In this document: piece by piece, positions 43,628 to 51,014 of the stretch | Layout of the letters: each line of letters opens with the position of its first letter | Numbering within the stretch: the first letter of the stretch is position 1 | Virus record (IMG/VR): IMGVR_UViG_3300020202_000013 | Location: 1 to 51,014 of that record | Origin: a virus | Taxonomy: Duplodnaviria > Caudoviricetes | Reading direction: 5' to 3' (one strand) | Length of the DNA stretch: 51,014 bases | Made by a program: the position numbers and the translations under genes | The notes under the pieces: generated by a model | Databases searched by the model: none | The model's input: the letters and a program-made list of their open reading frames with translations, nothing else | Told to the model about the DNA's origin: nothing

Positions 43628-46251
43628 TGGCCACCGAAGTCGATCGCATTGTCACCGTGCTCGAAGCTCAGGTCGCCGACCACGACCGGAAGATGCAGAA
43701 CTCGGCGCGGGTCGTCGACGTCAGCATGGGGCAGATTGCCACCTCGACGGGGCGGGCCGAGCAAGCTGTAAGCGCGGCATCGGGTACCATTGCTCGAGAT
43801 ATGGCGCGAGCCGGCAACGCAAGCCGGAACGTTGGCCGCCAAATCGCCGACGTTGGTGCGCAGCTCGCTGGCGGCCAGAGCTTCTTCATGATCCTGGCGC
43901 AGCAAGCGCCGCAGTTCGCCGACGCTATGGCCGACAGCCAAGGCAGGGTTGCCGCCTTTGCGCGCTTCCTGTCCGGGCCGTGGGGTGCCGCCATTCTCGC
44001 CGGTGCCTCGGTTCTAGGCGTCCTGATCAGCAAGCAGATGGAGGCCAGCGAAAGCGCCGAGGACCTCTCCGACAAGATGCGGAAGAAGGCACGCGAGAGC
44101 GAGCGAACCCGCCAGGCCGAGGTTCTCTTTGCCAAGACGATCGAGGGCGTCACCGAGGCACTGCATAAGAATCGGGAAGCGCTCGACCAGCTCTCGGACG
44201 CGGACAAAACGGCCGCACGTCGGGCGCTGGAGTCTGCTCTCGGCCAAGTGGCGCGCCTCGCGGGGATCCGGGCCGAGACCGAAGAGCTGATTAAGAATGC
44301 GCGGGCACGTGTCGAGCGTAACCGAACCATGCTCAGCAGTTTGGCTTCCCCTCAAGCACGCGACTTCGCCGCCCAGGACATTGCGGCCGCGCAGTCCCGC
44401 CTCGACGACCTTCAGGGCAGCCTCGCGAAAACCGACAAGCAGATCGCTGAGGCCAGACGTCAGATTGCCGAGGCTTTGTCGCAGCGCGTCGTCGAGCGCA
44501 CGGACATGAACCAGGTCGAGCGGATCCGCACGCGATACGAAGGTCTGATCAACTCCGCCCGGCAGCGTGCCGTTGCGGAGGGCACCGTTTCGACGGAGCT
44601 GGCGAAGCAGGTGAGGCTCCTGAGCACCCGCCGTGACGCTGAAATCAAGCGTGCCCAAGAGGCCGCACGCCCGCCTCGCACATCAGATCGCCGTACCAAG
44701 CAGCAGGCGTACCAGGACTTCACCGGGGCTCTGCGGGAACGGGGCGTCGCCATCACCTCGGGTTACCGGACCCAAAGCCAGCAGGACGCCCTACGGCGGC
44801 GTCTGGGCAGCGATGCGGCACGCTTCAGCCTGCACACCAGCCATAGGGCCGTGGACGTCCCGCTAAGCGTGAGTGACGAGGCTATTCGCGCCGCTGCCGC
44901 CGAAGCGGGCCTCAAAGGGCTGACGATCAAGCGCAAGCCGAACGCCAAAGGCGGCCCGCACGCTCATGTCTCCTGGAGCGGGTACGGCGATCGCGGCGAC
45001 GATGCCGCCGTGATGGCCGGTGCCCAGCGTGATGCTCGCGAGGAGGAGCAGGAGCGCCAGCGCCGCCTTCGCGACGAAGCGGCCTTTCAAGACGAGCTTG
45101 CGCAGCTGAATGGGGAGCTTCTCCAGTCCCGCCGCGCAACGCTCACTGCCGCCGACGAGCAGGTCACCTATGAGATCCAGGGTATCAATGCAGCGCGCGA
45201 CCGGCAGAACGCCTCCTATGCGGCAGCTGTAGCGCAGGATCGTCTCACGGCAGCCCAGGCCGAGCAGCTGACGGCCGCCAACGACCAAGTGGCGCGCGAG
45301 AAGGTGCGGGCGGTCCTCCTGCGAAGCTGGCAGCGCCTCGACGAGGAACGCTATCGAATCGCCATGGCTGATCTCAATGATCAGCAGGCAATGGAGCAGG
45401 CGCGAGGTCGGCTCGCCCGTACAGTCGAGGAGCGGCGCGAGTCAGAGCTTCGACTGCTAGACCTCCAGCAGCAGGAGGAGCGGCTTGCGATGCGCCGGCT
45501 TCAGGCTGCGGAGGGGCTCACCAACGCGGAGCGAGTGCGGCTTCAGCGATCAGAAGCGGCGATGACCGAGCGCCATGGGCTCGAACGCCAATCCGTTGTC
45601 CAGCAGAACCTGAGCCCGTTGGAGAACTTCCTCGACGACATTCCGCGGACGGCTGCCGAAATCAATGAGGCCCTGGAAAGCATTGCCGTCGACGGGCTGC
45701 GGTCGCTGACAGACGGCCTCACCGATGCCGCCACCAAGTTCCTGAAGCTCGGTGGGATCGCTGGCAACGTCGTGAACCAGATTATCGCGGATCTCATGCG
45801 CCTCGCGATCTCCCAGAACATCACCAAGCCCCTGATCGACCTGCTGGGAGGACTATTCAGCGGCGCCAAGTTCGACGCGGCAGGCTTCAGCGCAATCGAG
45901 GGCGCAAACAAGTCGTTCCTCTCCGGCCTCGGCGGCCGGGCATCGGGTGGCCACGTCTCCCCTGGCCAAATGTACCGCGTCAACGAAGGGGCCGGTCGCG
46001 GCCGCGTCGAGGGCTTCATTCCCGCCGGGGCAGGCAAGATCGTTCCCTTGGGCCAAATGGAGCGCGCCCTCGGCGGCGGGACTACAGTCGTTCAGCCGGT
46101 GCACTTCGATCTCCGCGGCGCGCTGATGACAGAGGACATCCTGGCTCAAATGAACGCGCTGGCTGACCAGGCGGCGCAACGGGGAGCCGTCGGCGGCCTC
46201 GCACTGAGCGCCCGCCAGAGCCGCCGGTCCGCCTCGAGAAGGCTCCGCTAA
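43627..46251 (+). CDS. tape measure protein with embedded M15-type peptidase domain
   Basis: QIADVGAQLAGGQS...QQAPQ lambda-like TMP N-terminus; ITSGYRT...SLHTSHRAVD...HAHVSW; GRASGG.V..G..YRVNE. Confidence 0.92.
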   Translation: MATEVDRIVTVLEAQVADHDRKMQNSARVVDVSMGQIATSTGRAEQAVSAASGTIARDMARAGNASRNVGRQIADVGAQLAGGQSFFMILAQQAPQFADAMADSQGRVAAFARFLSGPWGAAILAGASVLGVLISKQMEASESAEDLSDKMRKKARESERTRQAEVLFAKTIEGVTEALHKNREALDQLSDADKTAARRALESALGQVARLAGIRAETEELIKNARARVERNRTMLSSLASPQARDFAAQDIAAAQSRLDDLQGSLAKTDKQIAEARRQIAEALSQRVVERTDMNQVERIRTRYEGLINSARQRAVAEGTVSTELAKQVRLLSTRRDAEIKRAQEAARPPRTSDRRTKQQAYQDFTGALRERGVAITSGYRTQSQQDALRRRLGSDAARFSLHTSHRAVDVPLSVSDEAIRAAAAEAGLKGLTIKRKPNAKGGPHAHVSWSGYGDRGDDAAVMAGAQRDAREEEQERQRRLRDEAAFQDELAQLNGELLQSRRATLTAADEQVTYEIQGINAARDRQNASYAAAVAQDRLTAAQAEQLTAANDQVAREKVRAVLLRSWQRLDEERYRIAMADLNDQQAMEQARGRLARTVEERRESELRLLDLQQQEERLAMRRLQAAEGLTNAERVRLQRSEAAMTERHGLERQSVVQQNLSPLENFLDDIPRTAAEINEALESIAVDGLRSLTDGLTDAATKFLKLGGIAGNVVNQIIADLMRLAISQNITKPLIDLLGGLFSGAKFDAAGFSAIEGANKSFLSGLGGRASGGHVSPGQMYRVNEGAGRGRVEGFIPAGAGKIVPLGQMERALGGGTTVVQPVHFDLRGALMTEDILAQMNALADQAAQRGAVGGLALSARQSRRSASRRLR

Positions 46252-46838
46252 TGGCCGTAAACCTCCCCGACCACGGATACCTGTCCGTATCCCCTGCGCT
46301 GCTCGACTTCGGCGGCACCCTGTCGCCCATCCTGGGCGGGCCCGATCAGCGCATCGTTCGCCTCGGCAGCCGATTCCAGATCACAATCACCACCGAGCCG
46401 ATGCTGAGCCGGGAGGAGGGTCGCGTCTTCCGGCAGCGCCTGATGCGGGCCAAGAGCGAAGGCGCGATCACTAGGTGGCCGCTCGACTTTGCGCCGGGCG
46501 ATCCCGGCAGCCCTGTCATCAATGGCTCCGTCACCGGCGGCTCGACGATCTCCATCAGAGGCCTGACCCCCGGCTACACGATCCGTGAGGGACAGTTCTT
46601 CTCGATCATCCGGGGCGCGCGCCGGTACATGCATTCGTCTAACTCAGGCGTCACCGCAGGCGGGGCCACGGCAACGCTCACCATTACCCCCATGCTCCGG
46701 GTGCCGCTCCTCGATGGCGACACGGTCGAACTTGCCGAGCCTATGATCCAGGGCCTGATCGACGGTGACGCTCTCGGCTGGGAGCGGGCAGCGCATGGCA
46801 AGTTCCCCTTCACCTATACGATCCGAGAAATGGAATGA
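46251..46838 (+). CDS. distal tail protein
   Basis: Position after TMP; PILGG.DQRI.RLGSRF, GQFFSI, PMLR. Confidence 0.75.
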   Translation: MAVNLPDHGYLSVSPALLDFGGTLSPILGGPDQRIVRLGSRFQITITTEPMLSREEGRVFRQRLMRAKSEGAITRWPLDFAPGDPGSPVINGSVTGGSTISIRGLTPGYTIREGQFFSIIRGARRYMHSSNSGVTAGGATATLTITPMLRVPLLDGDTVELAEPMIQGLIDGDALGWERAAHGKFPFTYTIREME

Positions 46839-47491
46839 GCGCATTCACCCCAGCGATGGAGACGGCCCTCAGCGCCGACTTCCCCCTTGTCTGCGGCCTC
46901 CTCAAGATCGAGCTGCCCGAACACACGATCAGGCTTTGCGATGGCGCCGGCGTGGTGACCTTCGGCGGCGACACCTATGTCGGGCGGGATCCGGTGTTCG
47001 GAACGCTTGCCGAGGTGGAGCCAATTGGCGACGGTGTGGGCGACGAGGCGCCGGGCCTGAGCTTTACGCTGCACCCCCCGCGCGACACGGCCGCTGCGAC
47101 CCTGGCTGGCGCGGCAATGCAGGGCTCTCCGGTCAACCTCTGGCTGGCTGCCGTCAATCGAGCGACCGGTGCCGTCATCCCCGACCCGCTTCCGATCTTC
47201 TCCGGTGAGCTGGATCAGCCCGTCATTACCGTCGACAAGGGCAGCCGCGAACTCGAATACGAGTGCGTCTCCGGCTTCGAGCGGCTGTTCGACAATGACG
47301 AAGGCATCAGGCTCTCCGACAGCTGGCACCGCTCGATCTGGCCTGGGGAGCAGGGGCTGGCGAACGTCTCCGGCATTATCAAAAAGGTTTACTGGGGCGT
47401 TTCCTCACCGCCCGCATCCGTGACCTACCCGTTCAACGGCTTTTTCGGGAACGTCTTCGGCGACTTCGTCAATGGGCTGGCCGACCGATGA
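46835..47491 (+). CDS. tail hub/minor tail protein
   Basis: RLCDG.G.V.FGG.TYVG.D..FG, WPGE.G, YWG. Confidence 0.75.
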   Translation: MSAFTPAMETALSADFPLVCGLLKIELPEHTIRLCDGAGVVTFGGDTYVGRDPVFGTLAEVEPIGDGVGDEAPGLSFTLHPPRDTAAATLAGAAMQGSPVNLWLAAVNRATGAVIPDPLPIFSGELDQPVITVDKGSRELEYECVSGFERLFDNDEGIRLSDSWHRSIWPGEQGLANVSGIIKKVYWGVSSPPASVTYPFNGFFGNVFGDFVNGLADR

Positions 47492-47910
47492 ACCCGATCG
47501 ATAAGCGGGTGAAAGCGGCGCAGACCACCCTCGACAGGTTCAAGGATCAGCCGTTCAAATTCGGCAAGAACGACTGCGGCCGGATGGTCGCGTTTCATCT
47601 CCGGGCCATCGGAAAGCCGATCAAGACTGCGAAGGCGGGCACCTATCACAGCCTCTTGGGAGCAACGAAGGCGCTGAAGCGGCTTGGGTTCGATAACCTC
47701 GTCGACCTCATGGACGCCCACTTCGAGCGGATACCGCCGGCTGCATCTCTGCCCGGTGATATCATCGCCATGCCGGGTCTGGAGGGGCCTGGGGCACTTA
47801 CCGTTGTGCTCGGGGAAGGGCGGGTGGTTGGATATCACGAGGAGATGCCGGGCGCCGTGGTGATGCAGCCAGTGGAGATGATGGCGGCTTGGCGGGTGCC
47901 GGTGGCGTGA
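47488..47910 (+). CDS. NlpC/P60-like tail-tip protein (DUF6950-like)
   Basis: PFKFGKNDC, LPGDII. Confidence 0.78.
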   Translation: MNPIDKRVKAAQTTLDRFKDQPFKFGKNDCGRMVAFHLRAIGKPIKTAKAGTYHSLLGATKALKRLGFDNLVDLMDAHFERIPPAASLPGDIIAMPGLEGPGALTVVLGEGRVVGYHEEMPGAVVMQPVEMMAAWRVPVA

Positions 47911-47916
47911 CGATCG

Positions 47917-48477
47917 TCAGCGCCCGGTGCGATCCCGGGCGCGTCGCTGCTGGCGCGTGAGGTTCCGGTCACTCGCCGGTGGCTCGGGCGGCTTCTCCTC
48001 CGCCTCCGCTGATGAGTCGGTTTTCTCAATGATCTTGCCGGTGACGAACACCGACACAACGCCCACGATGGTGGCGGCGCCGAGCCACGCAGCGGCTTCC
48101 GTGTCCTTCTGATAGGCTAGGTAAGCCACCACGATCAGGAGCAAAACGAGCGCTGCAATTGCCAGCCACTGCCCACGCCCACGAAGGGAGAATTCCTTCG
48201 TCACGATGTCTTCGCTCACGCGATGACGGTGGGCTTGCTCTCGCTCCGCCATCTCGAAGCATCGATTAGCGGCCCCGGGCAGTATCCGCTCCAGATACTC
48301 GAGCTCCTCCGCCGACGGGATTGGGCCTGAGTGGTACTTGCTGACGATCCTCGTCAGCACCAACTTTGCTTCTTCTGTGGTGTTCGGACGGAGGAAGGGC
48401 CTCAGTTCCTGAAGCGCCTCTTCCGCCTCGGGAACCTGAATTTCGCGCCTACCGCCAGTGTCGTCAGGCTGATTCAA
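47917..48477 (-). CDS. DUF2335 membrane protein (moron)
   Basis: SGPIPSAEEL..LERILPGAANR.FEMAEREQAHRH plus two TM helices. Confidence 0.88.
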   Translation of the reverse strand: MNQPDDTGGRREIQVPEAEEALQELRPFLRPNTTEEAKLVLTRIVSKYHSGPIPSAEELEYLERILPGAANRCFEMAEREQAHRHRVSEDIVTKEFSLRGRGQWLAIAALVLLLIVVAYLAYQKDTEAAAWLGAATIVGVVSVFVTGKIIEKTDSSAEAEEKPPEPPASDRNLTRQQRRARDRTGR

Positions 48478-48667
48478 GTTCCCGCTTCACACGCTCCACG
48501 GCGTTCGACAGATCGAGGCGAACGGCCCGCCAATCATCAGCAAGGGAGCCTTGAGCGGCCTTGCGGGCCAAGATCAGGCGCTGGTCGATGTTAATTGTCG
48601 CAACGCCCGACATCGTCGACCTCATAGATTTTCGCCGGCCCGTGGCGATCCGTGAGTGAAATGTCAT
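48464..48667 (-). CDS. small partner of DUF2335 gene
   Basis: LADDWRAVRLDLSNAV motif; overlaps DUF2335 start; GAGGG RBS. Confidence 0.65.
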   Translation of the reverse strand: MTFHSRIATGRRKSMRSTMSGVATINIDQRLILARKAAQGSLADDWRAVRLDLSNAVERVKRELESA

Positions 48668-48870
48668 GTTGTGCCTGTCGCCCTCAGTCGTTGGATATCT
48701 GCCTGTCAGGATCGCCGGTGTCAACGCGGCACCGCGCTCCTCGTTGCAGCAGTGTCGCGCCGATATAAGACATTAAAAGGTTAACGGAAGGTGGCCGAAA
48801 GATTAACGCGGGTCGGGCCTCGCGGCCTTCGCGCTTCTCCTCGACAGTCGGGTAGCGCTTCGGAGCCACG

Positions 48871-49224
48871 CTAGAGGCAATTCCTTAATTCGCTTCCGGT
48901 CGGCCCCCTCGCCTCAGGTTCGCGCACGTGGGCCACGACTCTCCGCTGGTTCCCCTGGTCGCTGATGTCGATAACTGCGACGACCCATTCCATACTGTTG
49001 AAGTTGAAGATCAGCGTGAGGGTGTACCCGCCTGGCCGCGGGGCGGAGCGCACCCGGGCCGTGCCGCTTTGCCAATGCTCATTGAAGCACTGGGTGAGTT
49101 CGGCGACTGATTTGCTCGACATTTGATCGAACAGGGGCGGCCCCGCAGTCACGCTCTTCGTGGTGGTGCAGCTGGCCAATAACGCTGCCGCCGTAATCGC
49201 CAGAAACCGAGTTGCGTATCCCAT
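48871..49224 (-). CDS. lipoprotein (Cor-like superinfection exclusion candidate)
   Basis: MGYATRFLAITAAALLASC lipobox; C-terminal RNCL; adjacent to tail tip gene. Confidence 0.72.
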   Translation of the reverse strand: MGYATRFLAITAAALLASCTTTKSVTAGPPLFDQMSSKSVAELTQCFNEHWQSGTARVRSAPRPGGYTLTLIFNFNSMEWVVAVIDISDQGNQRRVVAHVREPEARGPTGSELRNCL

Positions 49225-49270
49225 GAGCTGCTTCTGCCGCTGCCTGACGGTGCATGTCAAAGGTCCGCCG

Positions 49271-51014
49271 ATGAAAGTCCTGAAGGTTGCCGCGATCGTC
49301 GTTGGAGCGGTGGCCCTTATTGCGACTGGAGTCGGCGCGCTTGCGGGTGCTGGCCTCATCGGAACAACTGTAGCTGGCGTCACCACCGTTGCCGGAATTG
49401 CAGCCGGGACCTGGGCTACCATCGGAACGATCGCCACGCTTGCTTCGACCGCATTATCCTTAGGCGCGGCTCTCACAGCCAAGAAGCCAGACGGTCCCGC
49501 ATACGGCGGCCAGCCCCAGAACTTCAAACTTGATCCGCAAGCGCCAGTCCCTTGCATTCTCGGGCGTGGCCCGGCTGGCGGCTTTATCGTTCACCGCACC
49601 GAGCACGGCGCCACGAAGGACAAGGTCTCGAACCCGTTCCAGACCTTCGCCATCGTCTGGTCGCTGGGAATGGTCGACGGGATCGAGTCCATTCAAGTCG
49701 ATCGCACTCCCGTCGCATTCGTTAACGGCGCGGCGCAGGGCAATTATGCCGGCTATATGTGGCTGGACACGCAGCTTGGCGCTTCTCCCGAAGCTGATGC
49801 ACTGTCTACAGGCGAGGCGGTACCGGGCTGGGGAGCCTCTCACAAGCTTTCGGGGCTTTGCGCTGGCCTCTGGCGTCTCCGGTTCGACAAGGAAGGGAAG
49901 AAATATCCGGCCGGCGAGCCCCTGCTTCAGGCGATAATTCGGGGCGTAAAGGTCTACGATCCGCGGCTCGACAGCACCTATCCTGGCGGGTCGGGGCCGT
50001 GCCGAGCGCTTCAGGAAGAGACCTACGTTTATTCCGAGAACCCCTGGCTCCACGCCCTGACCTACGCCCTCGGCCGCTGGCAGAACGGCAAGCGGGTGTT
50101 CGGCGTCGGCATGCCGATTAATGCCATCGACGTGGCAGCCTTCGTCGAAGCGGCGAACATCGCAGACGTGAACCAATGGAAGATCGGCGGCACCATCACG
50201 TCGGCTGATCAAAAGTGGAACGCGCTGAAACTCATCGCCCAGGCCGGGGGCGGCGAGCCAATCCGGCAGCGGTCCAAGCTCTCGTGCATGATCTCCACCC
50301 CGCGCGTGTCGCTTGCGACGATCACCGAGAAGGACCTGGTCGGACGGGGCAGCGTCACCGGGACCCAGCGCCGCCGGGACAGGATCAACGGCATCGTCCC
50401 GCGCATTCCTTCGGAGGCGCATGGCTGGGAAGTGACCCCGCTCGATGTGGTCCGCGTCGCTGACTATGTGACCGTCGACGGCGGCGAGCGCACCCGCGAA
50501 ATGGATTTCCCCCTGGTCCCCTATAAGGATCAGGCGGCCGAGCTGGCGATGTACGACATCGTCAACGCCCGCGAGTTTGGGCCCATCACTCTGCCGCTGA
50601 AGCCGAAGTTCATGGGGTATCGACCGGGCGACTGCCTCACGCTCAACATCCCGGAAATGGGGCTCGACAATCAGCCGGCCATCATCGTTGGCCGCAGTCT
50701 TGATCCTTCCACCGGCATGGTGACGCTCGAATTCAAATCCGAGACCCCTGGCAAGCACGCCTTCGCGCTTGGCAAGACCGGCGTTGCCCCTCCGACGCCC
50801 TCGCTGAAGCCCGCAGACCTTTCGCAGGTTGCCCCACCGGACCCGAATATCTGGGCGCTCGAAAGCATCTACCTGACGTCGCCGAGCACGCTCCCGCTGT
50901 CCACCGGCTCTACCCCTGCGCTTGCCGTCACCTCAGGGACCGGACCGGTCGACAATCCGGGCGCCGAGTTCGTCATTTTCGAAATCCGCAAGCTGACGGC
51001 CGACGAGGAGGGGG
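49271..51014 (+). CDS. tail tip/central fibre protein, N-terminal part (about 970 aa with 1-1296)
   Basis: MKVLKVAAIVVG..., GVKVYDPRLDSTYPGGSG, YSENP; no stop before window end, in frame with base 1 via the terminal repeat. Confidence 0.88.
   Translation, partial: MKVLKVAAIVVGAVALIATGVGALAGAGLIGTTVAGVTTVAGIAAGTWATIGTIATLASTALSLGAALTAKKPDGPAYGGQPQNFKLDPQAPVPCILGRGPAGGFIVHRTEHGATKDKVSNPFQTFAIVWSLGMVDGIESIQVDRTPVAFVNGAAQGNYAGYMWLDTQLGASPEADALSTGEAVPGWGASHKLSGLCAGLWRLRFDKEGKKYPAGEPLLQAIIRGVKVYDPRLDSTYPGGSGPCRALQEETYVYSENPWLHALTYALGRWQNGKRVFGVGMPINAIDVAAFVEAANIADVNQWKIGGTITSADQKWNALKLIAQAGGGEPIRQRSKLSCMISTPRVSLATITEKDLVGRGSVTGTQRRRDRINGIVPRIPSEAHGWEVTPLDVVRVADYVTVDGGERTREMDFPLVPYKDQAAELAMYDIVNAREFGPITLPLKPKFMGYRPGDCLTLNIPEMGLDNQPAIIVGRSLDPSTGMVTLEFKSETPGKHAFALGKTGVAPPTPSLKPADLSQVAPPDPNIWALESIYLTSPSTLPLSTGSTPALAVTSGTGPVDNPGAEFVIFEIRKLTADEEG
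50888..51014. repeat. 127-bp terminal direct repeat (copy 2)
   Basis: Identical to 1-127. Confidence 0.97.

Noticed and set aside
38441-46260. Additional GCCGTAA hits at about 38441 and 46254 (also about 13733 and 18114)
   Set aside because: Within coding sequence and no TA box at the 20-nt spacing.
48773-48807. Full CtrA site upstream of the DUF2335 cassette
   Set aside because: TTAA half-sites are spaced 4 and 18 nt apart, not 7.
50888-51014. 127-bp terminal repeat as a biological phage terminal repeat
   Set aside because: It falls mid-gene and 127 is a common assembler k-mer length; best read as a circular-assembly overlap.
1-51014. CRISPR array, diversity-generating retroelement, retron, IS element, intron or intein
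   Set aside because: No spaced nucleotide repeats, reverse transcriptase, transposase or interrupted core genes seen by eye; the 37560-38440 repeats are protein-level and degenerate.

Overview
The window is an apparently complete, circularly permuted genome (about 50,887 bp) of a temperate, GC-rich siphovirus of an alphaproteobacterial host, most likely Sphingomonadaceae (host is inference). Bases 1-127 equal 50888-51014, and the tail-tip gene reads through the join. Module order: tail tip, lysis, an accessory region with attP (3' half of tRNA-Pro(CGG)), integrase/excisionase, a leftward early operon (YqaJ exonuclease), cI/cro immunity with 17-bp operators, methyltransferase, GapR-like, RuvC-like and TGT/DpdA-like genes, DnaB plus initiator, terminase, head, a head-fibre-like cluster, and tail. 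Several counter-oriented morons are interspersed. The most striking locus is the 802-aa portal. It is fused to an Acb1-like 2H-phosphoesterase and a PBECR3-like RNase domain, the domains are separated by candidate protease-cleavage motifs, and the stop codon is followed directly by a compact structured RNA. Also seen: a genome-wide GCCGTAA-N20-TA late-promoter motif, LexA and CtrA boxes near attP, and a -1 frameshift in the tail chaperone. All protein family calls are by motif recognition only; no searches were run.
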